Shown here one piece after another: positions 24,010 through 35,829 of a stretch of 64,000 nt of DNA. The stretch is from contig NC_057718.1 in assembly GCF_004010195.1 (NCBI RefSeq), forward strand, positions 4,657,021 to 4,721,020, written 5' to 3'. Position numbers and translations under genes: made by a program. The notes under the pieces are model-generated. The model had not been told where the DNA came from, searched no databases, and worked only from the letters and a program-made list of their open reading frames with translations. Source of the stretch: Chiloscyllium plagiosum. Lineage: Eukaryota. Position 1 is the first letter of the stretch; each line of letters begins with the position of its first letter.

Positions 24010-26897
24010 AAGGGTAAATCAGCAAATATATACTGACTGTCCTTATATTTTTACCGTGTCCCATGATTACAGAGCCTGGTGGGAACATAGAGGTTTCTTA
24101 ATTTCCACAGGACACCCTATTAGCAATACTGTTTTTGTCCAACCAGTCTAGCAGTACCAAATGTTGAACTCATACTGGTGCGATGGATACTGCTCTCCAA
24201 AGGACATGAGCAGACAGCCTTACACCCCAAACATCTGGTCTCATTGGATTCCCAGCAAAACCTGGTGAGAGACACTGTATAAGGATGGTTATGGACCTGG
24301 ATGAGATATATAAATTACAGGGGGAAACCACAGCTGAGGAGCACAAACTATGGACTCATATGGGGTGCTCCTTTGATACTCAGACCAAGCTGTGGGTTAC
24401 CCAGGCAGAACAAGTTTGTGTTCCATCCTTCCTCCTACCTATTTTAGTTGATTATATGCGTAATTGTACATACTTGGGAAAGGGGGAAATGGTTAATACT
24501 TTATTACAAACCTGGTGGCACACACATTTCCAGAAACCAGCTAAGAAAAGAGCTAAAGCATGTTTAATTCGTAAAAAGACTAATGCTGAAAAAGGGATGC
24601 CCCTGTGGGCTGGTGGGCCTTTTACTTGTCTACATCTTGATTTTGTAGAATTAATATTGCCATTGTTATAAATATTGCTGAAAAATGTGTTGCTGGAAAA
24701 GCGCAGCAGGTCAGGCAGCATCCAAGGAGCAGGAGAATCGANNNNNNNNNNNNNNNNGGAAGAAGATTGCAGGTAAAGAAGGCGGTGCTGAGTCCGAGAG
24801 TTGGGACTGAGATAAGGTGGGGGGAGGGGAAATGAGAAAGCTGGAGAAATATGCATTCATCCTCTGCGGCTGGAGGGTTCCTAGGCGGAAGATGAGGTGC
24901 TCTTCCTCCAGGCATCGTGTTGCCATTTCTGGCGATGGAGAAGGCCAAGGACCTGCATGTCCTTGGCGGAGTGGGAGGGGGAGTTAAAGTGTTCCGCCAC
25001 AGGGCGGTTGGGTTGGTTGGTGCGGGTGTCCCAGAGGTGTTCTCTGAAACATTCCGGAAGTAGGCGGCCTGTCTCCCCAATGTAGAGGAGACCACATCGG
25101 GTGCAGCGGATGCAGTAAATGATGTGTGTGGAGGTGCAGGTGAATTTGTGACGGATATGGAAGGATCCATTGGGACAGAGGATCCGGAGAGAGGTCTGTT
25201 GCTGGAGGCTTCGGATTTGTTGCAGGTACTGGTTGGGTCCAAATTGTGTTGTTCTGAATATAGTCCGGAGTCCATGCGGGGTCAGTCGGGGGCGGAAGTA
25301 GATGTGGCGTTGACAACTCCGGGGGCGGAAGTGGCTGCAGCGACAGCAGAAACAGTGTTGTTCCCAGTGGCTGTGGACCCTGCAGAGGCCGCGAATCTGT
25401 CGGCGATGGTCTTCCTGGCGATCCTCCAAACCAAAGGAGTAGCCATGGGCACCCGCATGGGCCCCAGCTATGCCTGCCTCTTCGTAGGATATGTGGAACA
25501 ATCCATCTTCCACAGCTACACTGGCACCACTCCCCACCTTTTCCTCCGCTACATTGATGACTGTATCGGCGCTGCCTCATGCTCCCACGAGGAGGTTGAA
25601 CAGTTCATCCACTTTACTAACACCTTCCACCCCGACCTCAAATTTACCTGGACTGTCTCAGACTCCTCCCTCCCCTTCCTAGAACTCTCCATTTCTATCT
25701 CGGGCGACCGATTCAACACGGACATTTACTATAAATCGACCGAGTCCCACAGCTACCTAGATTACACCTCCTCCCACCCTGCCCCCTGTAAAAATGCCAT
25801 CCCTTATTCCCAATTCCTTCGCCTCCGCCACATCTGCTCCCAGGAGGACCAATTCCAATACCGAACAACCCAGATAGCCTCCTTCTTCAAATACTGCAAT
25901 TTCCCCTCAGNNNNNNNNNNNNNNNNNNNNNNNNNNNNNNNNNNNNNNNNNNNNNNNNNNNNNNNNNNNNNNNNNNNNNNNNNNNNNNNNNNNNNNNNNN
26001 NNNNNNNNNNNNNNNNNNNNNNNNNNNNNNNNNNNNNNNNNNNNNNNNNNNNNNNNNNNNNNNNNNNNNNNNNNNNNNNNNNNNNNNNNNNNNNNNNNNN
26101 NNNNNNNNNNNNNNNNNNNNNNNNNNNNNNNNNNNNNNNNNNNNNNNNNNNNNNNNNNNNNNNNNNNNNNNNNNNNNNNNNNNNNNNNNNNNNNNNNNNN
26201 NNNNNNNNNNNNNNNNNNNNNNNNNNNNNNNNNNNNNNNNNNNNNNNNNNNNNNNNNNNNNNNNNNNNNNNNNNNNNNNNNNNNNNNNNNNNNNNNNNNN
26301 NNNNNNNNNGCCTATCACCCTCACCTTAACCTCCTTCCACCTATCACATTCCCAAGCCCCCTCCCCCAAGTCCCTCCTCCCTACCTTTTATCTCAGCCTG
26401 CTTGGCACACCTTCCTCATTCCTGAAGAATGGCTTATGCCCGAAACGTTGATTCTCCTGCTCCTTGGATGCTGCCTGACCTGCTGCGCTTTTCCAGCAAC
26501 ACATTTTTCAGCTCTGATCTCCAGCATCTGCAGTCCTCACTTTCTCCTAATTGTTATAAATATTGTCTCGCAATAGTAGATGTAATTTAGTAGATGGATC
26601 AAAGCCACCCCAACAACTGATAATACTGCTAGAACAGCAGTGAAAAAGTGGGGAACTATCTGCATAAGTTAATCAAAACTGTTCAAAGTTTACATTCACA
26701 GGCATATGAAGCCTATTGGTTTAGGGAGACTACCCTACTGTTGAACCTGGAGATTTTGTCCTGATTGAGAACTGGGACCAGGGAAAGTTGGAGCCAAGGT
26801 GGAAAGGACCCTTCCAAGTGTTGCTGACCACCCCCTCAGCCTTGAAGATGCAAGGACAACTCCACTGGATCCGTAGAATGGACTGTGAACGAGTCAG
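24010..26897 (+). pseudogene. pol: ERV pol remnant: RNase H C-terminal part and integrase, split by a Penelope insertion
   Basis: KGKSANIY/TDCPYIFTVSHDYRAWWEHRGFLISTGHPISN matches RNase H (cf. LNVYTDSRYAF..RGLLTS.G). Integrase reads ..GPFTCLHLDFVEL | CYKYCLAIVDV..SRWIKA, with C-terminus LEPRWKGPFQVLLTTPSALK..WI at ~26790-26890. Confidence 0.9.
24677..26549 (+). mobile_element. Penelope-like element (RT plus GIY-YIG endonuclease) with inverted 5' arm; 16-bp TSD
   Basis: + strand RT reads QTKGVAMGTRMGPSYACLF..RYIDD..LPFLE. The - strand GIY-YIG reads IIYCIRCTRCGLLYIGETGR..FREH. Inverted pLTR ends. TSD attgttataaatattg at 24662-24677 and 26550-26565. Confidence 0.93.
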
Positions 26898-26919
26898 TGA
26901 AGGAACAGGCAAGGCTGAA

Positions 26920-28160
26920 AAAACAAGCTAGATACAGGTGACTGTGATGACTTTGGGGGGGATTTACTTTGGGGGCAGAAGGCTTTCCTGCTGACACTGC
27001 TTTGTCCCCGGGTGGGTAACCAAAACGATCTATACATCATAATGCCTTTCTGTATTTGGCTTATCAAAGTGCCCATATGACGGGGAAAGAAACTGATTGC
27101 TGGGTATGTGTTCATACACTGCCTAAATCACAGGGGGGCATTCCTTTGTGGCCTGTCTCCTTTCGCTGGCCCGAGGTGGCTGAATGGCTAATATGCCGGA
27201 ACTCTTCTGATGATTCAGATAAAATTGAGGAAATACAGGAATGGCAGTTAGCAGGGTATGAGATTACCCTTTTCAGGGATTGGTACCAACCTGGCTACAA
27301 CAGACCTTGTCTACCCCCTTTCCTGGTAGTCCTTCATAATATTATTAATGACAGCATTTGCTTCAGTAAAAATGGGAGCTTCTCTCATTGCCGATAGAAG
27401 GGGACTAGTCGATGCTCCTTCACTATCCAATCTGAACTGAACCACAAGTGATTAAATTTTGTTTATTTTTTGTTTGATTGGTCTACCGTCCTTAATAAAA
27501 CATCAGGGTCCCTCTGGAATGACCCTACTCCCAGGGCACAGAGAGGTGGATATTCTAGCCTAAACCCCCTATATAGACACCTATTGTATTTGCAGACTCA
27601 AAGCTTATCCATGGCTCCCCTCAGACTGGTGGGGATCACATTATGTTTGGTATGTATTTCCTCTCATTTGGGTTTTAGACAAGTTGCCTTCAGACCCCAA
27701 ACCAACTCCCTACTCCTCTCATTTATTGGAATGGCTTCCCCCCCTAATGGGTTCCACTTACAGGGCACCAGATTAAGTAGATTAAGGACAATACTGGAAA
27801 TTGTTGCCAATAATACCGCAAATGCCCTAATATCAATGCTGAAATGGCTGTGATTAGGACAGTGGCCCTTCAGAATCATTTGGCCTTGGACTTTCTACTA
27901 TCTAAGGAATTTGGCACTTGTACCATTGGAGGAAAGGAATGTTGTACAGGTACTGACATTCCTGACAGATCCTTCAACATCACTGATCTCTCCAGGTCCA
28001 GAAACTCAGTGATATGAATTATGGTGAGATCAGTAGTTTTATTGGATGGTGGCCATTCAAGGGTATATTTGGGAATATTGGTGGTGTGTGTTTTCATTTT
28101 GGGACTATATTACTTACTGTAATTGTCTGCAATCTTGCATTTAGAACTCTATGGTCAGGG
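26920..28160 (+). pseudogene. env: ERV env remnant (gamma-type SU-TM)
   Basis: SU CXXC motif DCWVC at ~27095-27110. TM immunosuppressive domain LQNHLALDFLL starts at 27868, with CX6CC (CTIGGKECC) at 27919-27945 and a hydrophobic anchor at ~28080-28140. Frameshifted. Confidence 0.9.
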
Positions 28161-28249
28161 AGATGGGTCCACAGTGGGCTTGGCCTCAAGTCTGAAAATC
28201 TGTGTTATCCTGTTGAGGATATGGGTCTCTGGGAGGTAGGACAAAATGG

Positions 28250-28888
28250 GTGAAGGAGCTGCACAAAATGGTTGCTGCAAAGTGCACAGAAGGGCTTCTG
28301 CATTAATAAATTGGATTGCTCTGAACCAGTCAGAAACAAGAAACCACAGACTGATGTAATTCCGATAAAAAACAGAAATAACAAAGGAGGTAGGACAAAA
28401 TGGTTCCCTATATGGAAATCCATATAAGTTATATAAATAACTCACCACATTTGCAAGCTGCAAGATGAGGAAATACCTGCAAACTGCGAGTCTATGTAGA
28501 GGAAATACTAAATCACATTTTGCAAGCTGTGAAAAGGTGACATAAGCCATTACAATTTAATCAATATCATTGGTTCAAATTACTACCCATGAAGTAATTA
28601 TAATTATTCATTGGTTCTAACCATGCAATCATGCTCCATGTCTTTATTGATTGAATGTTACTATGCGATCATGCTCCACGTCCGATGATGATAAATGTAT
28701 ATAAACCTTATGCAAACTCTGTAAGGTTGTTGGATTCTTTTGATTGCCAAGAAGTTTTCATACTTCTGGGTAAATCAGAGTCTGCCAACCCAGCGCTGTA
28801 ACAATACAATAAATGATTGCCTGCATGTTGGACAAAGAGTCATTTACAGGTGTGTTAATTGACCGATCATGGAATTGAGTGCCCTACA
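28250..28888 (+). mobile_element. ERV 3' LTR (5' boundary uncertain)
   Basis: Follows env. Contains short direct repeats in U3, TATATAAA at 28698-28705 and AATAAA at 28808-28813, and ends ...ccctaCA at 28888. Confidence 0.65.
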
Positions 28889-28889
28889 G

Positions 28890-29706
28890 ATCCTCACTGT
28901 GGTCACCCAAAGTCAAATCTGGTGACCACATTACATTTACTCTTATGGCACAGCCGTGAACCCTTCTGTTAATTAAACCAAACACCCAGAAATGCTCATC
29001 TTGCCTTGTAATTTGTTAAAGTATTAGTGACAAAGAATTCCCAACTTCCAATATTTAAAGAAAATAATATCAATTTATTCTTTAACTTGAAAGGTTAACA
29101 TTAAACAACAACTATTCACAATGGTAAGCCTTCTTTCTCTTAACTGCTTATTACTTACCTCCAACTCTATAACAACATACTGTTCCAATAAAACAGTAAC
29201 TTAATTTCAAAACCATACAGCTGCTGTCATCTTTGGTGTCTTCCCTCTTCGGCTAAGAATCTCCCTGGGTCGTCTTCTTTCTTTTTACTGCAAATATGTT
29301 TCATATGAAAGTGTACCTTTGATAGAGAGTATTTCAACATCTTGGGTCTTTCTCGATGGCAGTTACTCTGTCTGATTTTGAAACTGCCTGCCTTTTTTAT
29401 ATCCCTTTTTATTTCCCCAACATTGGATCATCTCATTGGTTCGATGTTCGCAAAACAATAAATTCAAACTTGATTGGGCTTTAGTATCCTGGGGCATAAT
29501 TTTAACTGATTGGTTCAATTTCAATTGCTTTCAAAACAGCAACCTACTCAGGTATCTATGTCACAGACAAATAGTACATATTTTCAATTTTCCAGTATAC
29601 TCTGAGATAGCTAGTTAATCATATGACGGGTGCTTGTAAGCTCTCAGTGCTAAACAGCTTTGGCTCTCTCTTAAAGGTACCGTACACAGCCTTCAACTAC
29701 GTAACA
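28890..29706 (-). mobile_element. Solo LTR fragment (same family as ~43655-45556)
   Basis: Minus strand begins TGTTAC..gaaggctgtgtacggtacctttaagagag, matching gaaggtgtgtactatacctttaagagag at 43662 on +. Confidence 0.65.
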
Positions 29707-31200
29707 AAACAACACCCATTTCAGCCATGCAGCAAACATCGCTGAAAAGGTGACTCTGTGATTCAACCTCAGACCCATATACACTTTTTGATGAGATCCA
29801 CTGATAGTCTGTCATACACAGACTGGACCCTGAAAAGCAAACTAAATTAATCACCATGTGCCTCAGACCAGGAGTCTCTTCAGTCCACCCCAAGGGCTAA
29901 CAACTACATGAGATGAAGACAACAGTCCTCACTGCCATAGGGCAGGATCAAACAGACCCAACAGAGGCGCTATACAAGTGCCAACAACAGCAACAAAGGG
30001 AACACCTCTCTAGCTTTGGCCGAAGACTGAGTCCAATTTGTTTAGGTTTTCGGGGATGTGACCCACACCTCTCTTAGCAAGAAACAATTGAGTTCAAACC
30101 CTTGTCACCCAAGCTTCAGAAAGAGGGAGGATACATGTCTGAGATTCGATCACTCTCACATCTCCTGTAATGAGGCTTGGGTCCTCCGCAAATTAATCGC
30201 TGTACGGGAAAGTGAGTTAAGGGCACAGCAGTCATTCTGAAAATCAATTCGGGTGAGTGCAGACTGAATTCTTATAGACACCCCCCTCCAACTAGGAGAA
30301 ATGAAGGAAGGAGCAGAAATATATCCAACAGTCCCAGACATACTCCTCCTCCACACAAGTGCCCTGCCTCAGAAGATAGTGGCTCAGTGGTTAGCCCTGC
30401 TGCCTCACAGCACTAGGGATCAAGGTTTGATGCCATCCTTGGGTGACTGTCTGTGTGGAGTTTGCACATTCTGCCCGTGTCTGTATGGGTTTCCTCTGGG
30501 TGCTTTGGATTTTTAGATTAGATTACCCACCGTTGGAAACAGGCTTTTCTGCCCAACTGACCCTCCAAACAGTAACCCATCCATTCCCCTACCCTATATT
30601 TACTCCTGACAAATGCACCTAACACTCTGGTCAATTTATCATGGTCAATTCACCTGACCTGCACATATTTGGACTGTGGGGGAAACTGGAGCACCCGGAG
30701 GAAACCCATGTAGACTGTGGTTTCTTCCCACAGTCCAAAGATATGCAAGTTAGGGTGGATTGGCCATGCTAAATTGTCATAGCGTTCTGGGATTTGTAGG
30801 TTAGGTGTGTTAGCCATGGGGAAATATGAGGGGATGGGTCTGGGTAGGATGTTCATTCAGTGGGTTGGCATAGACTTGTTGGGCCAAATGGCCTGTTTTC
30901 ATGCTGCAGGAATTTTATGAAAAAGGGAATATGCACAAATGAACCCCAAACCCCAAACTCTGCTATAACTATGGCTGAACTGGCTATTTCATTGGGGACT
31001 GCTGGGGACCTAAGATTCCAACTGGCACCAGGAAGCTTGGACAAAGGAGCCGACACCCAGTGGGGTACCATCCTGGCAGCTCCAGCTGGAGTGAAAACAC
31101 GCTGCAGCTTATACATGGAAGATGACAGGGGCAACCCCATCATAGACATTGCTTCTCAGCCACAAGTACACTGCTTGCTGCAGTCACGTACATGATAGTT
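29707..31200 (+). pseudogene. gag-pro remnant of a second retroviral-like LTR element, interrupted by SINEs (~30372-30910)
   Basis: Capsid-like SDPYTLFDEI..LDPEKQTKLITMCL and MHR-like EALYKCQQQQQREHLSSFGRRL. A degenerate zinc knuckle CYNYG*TGYFIGDC lies at ~30960-31000, then a protease-start-like DDRGNPII. Confidence 0.55.
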
Positions 31201-31634
31201 CCCGTTACCACCAAATATCCATTTGCACACTGGGTGACAACGCACCCCTCAGTCACTGAATAGATGTAAGGCAGAGATAGATAGGCTCCTGATGAGTAAG
31301 AGCTATGGGGAGACAGAAGAGAATGGGACTGACAAAAATATCAGCCATGATTAAATGGTGGGTCAGACTTGATGGGCCAAATGGCCAAATACTGATCCTA
31401 TACCTCATGGTCTTATACTAAGTTCCCACCACTGTCTAGGTGAGAAAGGTTTTTCACAATTCCCCTCTAAACCTCCTGCTTTTCACTTTAAAGCTAAACC
31501 CTCTCTTTTTGGGCACTTCAATTAATGGGAACAGCTGCTTCCAATCCCCCCCTCATGATCTCTCTTCATCTTATACACCTCGATCAGGTCCCCACTAACC
31601 CTTTCCTTCTCTAAAGAAAAGAACCCAAACTTAG

Positions 31635-31950
31635 TGGGCGGCACGGTGGCACAGTGGTTAGCACTGCTGCCTCACAGCGCCAGAGACCCGGGTTCAATTC
31701 CCGCCTCAGGCGACTGACTGTGTGGAGTTTGCACGTTCTCCCCGTGTCTGTGTGGGTTTCCTCCAGGTGCTCTGGTTTCCTCCCACAGTCCAAAGATGTG
31801 CAGGTCAGGTGAATTGGCCATGCAAAATTGCCCGTAGTGTTAGGTAAGGGGTAAATGTAGGGGTATGGGTGGGTTGCGCTTCGGCGGGGCGGTGTGGACT
31901 TGTTGGGCCGAAGGGCCTGTTTCCATACTGTATGTAATCTAATCTAATCT
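31635..31950 (+). mobile_element. Full-length HE1-type V-SINE
   Basis: GGGCGGCACGGTGGCACAGTGGTTAGC (A-box), GGTTCAATTCC (B-box), V-domain and (AATCT)3 tail. Confidence 0.93.
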
Positions 31951-32519
31951 AGTCTTATCCAGCCTTTCTTCATCAGGTAACTCCCCACATCAGGGAGGGA
32001 AATGCCATCTCTCACTGAAATCCTCCTTCAAACCCACCCACTGAGGCAAAGCCATTGAATTTGTCTCTTTTGGCTTCATGTCCATTCTTCACTCTTTGAG
32101 AGGTTCATGCAAAAGTTTAATACTTTCCAGATAATGTACAAATGCAAGATTCTGAGGCAGTAATGCAACATTTCGAGTCAACTGATCTCAGCTTTCGGTG
32201 AGAAAACACTTGAGAAATTGTTTCTAACACACTCCTGATGAAAAGAGAATCTGAAAAGTAGGAATATGAGAATTCCAAACAGAAGGTTCACAGAATCCAC
32301 ATTGTTCAGTGGGACAGTGATCCTCTCCCTCTGTCTGCAGCGGTTGCTGTCTCTGCCCAGTTTAATGCCGAGTCTCTCACTCAGACTGTGGGAAACACTG
32401 ACACCCTCTGGACAGTTAGTTCATTACAGTGTGTGGCTGCTTGTTGGATGAGATCCAATCAGTGGTAAAACAGATACTAATGCTGCTATTGGTGGATTTG
32501 TGAGATAAAAACTGTAGCA

Positions 32520-32555
32520 TTTACAGGAACTAGCTCAGATGCAGTTTCATACTGA
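32520..32555 (+). promoter_or_regulatory. GAS-like (TTACAGGAA, 32521-32529) and ISRE-like (CAGTTTCATA, 32542-32551) motifs
   Basis: Motifs read directly. They resemble the GAS/ISRE combination known from mammalian GBP promoters and sit next to the candidate micro-exon. Confidence 0.35.
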
Positions 32556-32570
32556 CACAGACAGAACAGG

Positions 32571-32592
32571 ATGATTACTGAACAGTGGATTG
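32571..32592 (+). CDS. Candidate first coding micro-exon of the GBP gene (MITEQWI-)
   Basis: aggATG ATT ACT GAA CAG TGG ATT G|gtgagt is a strong phase-1 donor. Splicing to acceptor gtctcag| (45701) gives the open frame MITEQWI-V-NRTVSYTE-MESPM. It lies in non-repeat sequence just after GAS/ISRE-like motifs. Inference only. Confidence 0.4.
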
Positions 32593-32849
32593 GTGAGTAC
32601 TGCTACTTGTAGCAGACAATAAGCAGTAATATAACGGGGCTGTTTTTATGTTGGATACACAGTGGGTCTTCCCCTTCCCCAAATGCTGGAGGTTACAGTA
32701 GGTCAGGCAGTGTCTAGACTCCAAATGCTAACTTGTTTTACCTCCATGGACGCTGTTTGATCTGCTGTGATCACCAGCATTTGTTGTTTGCAGTACAGAT
32801 CCCAATATCTGCAGTAATTTGCTGCTCCCATGTAGACTGGATTGTGCAT

Positions 32850-33150
32850 GAGGACTGTGTGGGATTCCCATCAAGACACATTTTGCTGAGCAACTTCAGC
32901 TATGGGGGTAAAGACTGTCACACATCTTCTGCTGGTGTGTGCCTTTGTAAAGGAAGTCAGGAGGAAGATGCAGTGGTTTGTGTCAAAGTTCATCCCGAGC
33001 AGCTTCGTGACATGGGACACTGTGCTCTACCGACTGTCCCCGGGGGTGCAGATTTACAGTACTGTACAGAACTAAACTGCTGTAGTGACTGTGTGTATGT
33101 ACATCAAGATATTTTTATGAATATAGTATATGTTTGAAATAAAAATAATC
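32850..33150 (+). mobile_element. Tx1-clade LINE 3' fragment
   Basis: Similar to the reverse complement of 52170-52700 (actgtcacacatcttctgctgg, ttcatcccgagcagc) and ends in an A-rich tail. Confidence 0.65.
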
Positions 33151-35152
33151 TTAATGCCTGAAACCCTCAGACAGTCCCCATAAAAAGCAGAAGCTTCGGA
33201 GAGTTTGCAGTGAAATAGTTACTCAAGATAAGTTAAACAATTTACATACACAGTCTGACCCCGGAGTAACAGTTAAACTGACCCCATGCTTAGATCATTC
33301 TCATCTCCAGATCCCTTCGATCCCTGGAGGCCAGTCCCTGCCTGCCCCTTACCGACTGGATTGGATTTGAGCCTGAGCTCCAGAGGAACTGATTTTTCTG
33401 GCCCACAAACCGAGGTGAAGTTTCCCAGGAGCTGAGAAAGTGTGTAGGTGAGTGTAGGCAGTTGATGGAGTTTACATGGATATGAGTAAGGCTTTGAACA
33501 AGGTCGAAAAGTGTGGCGCTGGAAAAGCACAGCAGGTCAGGCAGCATCTGAGGAACAGGTAAATCAACAGTTTGGGCAGTGGCCCTTCAACAGGAATCAG
33601 GAATCCCATTCCTGATGATGGGCTTATGCCTGAAACATCGACTCTCTTGCTCCTTGGATGCTGTCTGACCTGCTGTGCTTTTCCAGCGCCACATTTTTTA
33701 ACTCTGATTTCCAGCATCTACATCCTCACTTTTTGTCACAGAATAAAAGACCACTCATTAAAACTGACATGTGAAGGAATGTCTTCTCCCGGAGGATAGT
33801 GAATGTCTGGAATTCTCTACCTCAGTTGTGGAGGCTAGATCAATGCAAGTATTTAAAGAGATGGATGTTTGAAATCTGGAAGAGTTGATGGCTATGCTGA
33901 GCTGCTATGAAGGAGGAGTTGAGGCCTGGGCAGGTCAGCCATGATCCTGGGTAGGAGAGCAGACTTGAGGGACCAAATGGCTCATTCCTGCTCCTGTTCC
34001 TTCTGGTGGCACTTCTCCAAATGAAGACACTCCAGCCAAGGCACTGAGGGCAGAGATTGTTTCAAAAACAGGGAATCCAGGAACCTCAGGTATCCCATAA
34101 TGAGGAGGCTTCAACTCAATGGGAAGATTTCTTATTGGGTGCTCAGATCCACGAGGGACCAGAAGAGGATTCAATCCCAATCAAATTTCAGGATTTACCT
34201 ACAAGTTGTTTCTGTTGCTGGCCAAAAACAGATTCACAGAGAGCTATCAGTTAAAATCACAACTGAGCCTGGGATTGGACAATTGGATGGAATTTGGTTT
34301 CAGTCAATCGAGGGACTGTAGAACCAGTGGGGGCCCGTGCTACCTTTCCACAGGAAGCCCCAATGTGATTTCTGAATAATCAGGCACTTTCCTGGACAGC
34401 ATCCACCCTCCAGCTGAATGAAGGCCCCGTTCCAGCAGAAATCACACCTGAGGCCAGCAGCTCCTGCAGGATTCACAATGCCATTGGGAGTGTGAGTTGC
34501 TGCTGGGATTACACTGGGCCTTTTACTGAGAAATCCCTGGAGAGAGAGATGCATGGGGCAGGAAGGGCGTTACATGGAGAGGGTCACTGGTGAGGGGGGA
34601 AATGAAAGGAGCACTGAAGCTAGCTCCCTGACTGAGCCCTGAACAGAGTCTGAGTAAGGGACCACCCTCATTTCCCCAGGCCCACTGTGATACCACTGGG
34701 TTCACTGTGTGGCTCTGTCTCTTCACGATTTTTTTTTCAATCATGGGATAAGGGCGTGCCAGTCAGGCCAGCATTTAGTGTCCATCCCTAATTGCCCAGA
34801 GGGCACTTCGGAGTCAACCATATTGCTGTGGGTCTGGAGTCATGTGTAGGCCAGACCAGTTAAGGATACTATTTCCTTCCCTAAAGGACATTAGTGAATC
34901 AGATTAGTTTTTCCAAGAATTGATAATAGTTTCATGATTATCATTAGACTCTGAATTCCAGGTTTAATTTTTATTAAATGTAAATACCACTATCTGCCAT
35001 GATGGGATTTGAACCCAGCTCCCCAGAACATTGCCTCTCTGGATTAATAGTCCAGCGATAATACCACAAGGTCATTACTTCCCTCTCAGGCCAGTTAAAT
35101 CCCTGAAATCCCATCAAATCCTGTTGAGCTCTGCATTAGTCCGTTTCCAATT

Positions 35153-35357
35153 GCTGAAAATGTGTTGCTGGAAAAGCACAGCAGGTCAGGCAGCATCCAA
35201 GGAGCAGGAGAATCGACGTTTCGGGCATAAGCCCTTCTTCAGGATGCCCGAAACGTCGATTCTCCTGCTCCTTGGATGCTGCCTGACCTGCTGCGCTTTT
35301 CCAGCAACACATTTTGAGCTCTGATCTCCAGCATCTGCAGTCCTCACTTTCTCCTCA
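35153..35357. mobile_element. Fold-back (inverted pLTR) Penelope-derived non-autonomous element; TSD gtttccaattg
   Basis: 35153-35243 is largely the reverse complement of 35244-35320. TSD at 35143-35153 and 35358-35368. Similar elements lie at ~1143-1302, 33503-33735, 56751-56868 and 57997-58199. Confidence 0.88.
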
Positions 35358-35829
35358 GTTTCCAATTGGCCATGAACAATCCTAATGAGCTTCCTACAGC
35401 CTGGTTTCCAATGTGGGTCTTTTCCCACTCTTTCGAAATGACAGGCTGTTTTCCTGTCACCGGGAATCAGACACACAGCTCCCCCCATCTGATTCTGTCC
35501 TGCCCACCATCCTTCCCACCCCAACAAATTCCATTCGGTCTCACCCAGAGAAAGGACCACTCGCTGATCTTTCATTGTTTGATTGTATTGTTTTTAATCA
35601 TTTATGGCTTAGATCTGTGGACTGTGAGCTGAAGATGGCCTTTGGACTGTGGGCTGCAGCTTGTGTTAAAACAAAGGGCCAAAGAAGCCATTGTTTTGTT
35701 TGTGAGGCCGGGCCTGGAGGTTCATTGCAGGTTGATTCTTGTGAAGAAGTGCTGCATAGAAACCTCACCTTCAGAGTGGCAATGTGCTGAAGTGATTGCC
35801 CAGTCCTGGAATGTGCTCAGGCACTGATG

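Larger units (their letters stand above)
22560..28888 (+). mobile_element. Decayed class I (gamma/epsilon-like) endogenous retrovirus; 5' LTR and RT not found
   Basis: Order gag - RNase H - integrase - env - LTR, with the diagnostic motifs listed in the sub-features. Confidence 0.92.

Noticed and set aside
25124..26329. 401-aa ORF as an intact novel RT fusion protein
   Set aside because: The N-terminal ~100 aa are the antisense reading of the inverted PLE arm and the C-terminus is gap; only the middle is real PLE RT.
26920..28160. Domesticated (syncytin-like) env
   Set aside because: Multiple stops, frameshifts and deletions; there is no continuous ORF.
31635..31710. tRNA gene
   Set aside because: A and B boxes are present, but the sequence continues into the V-domain and LINE-like tail; it is a SINE head.
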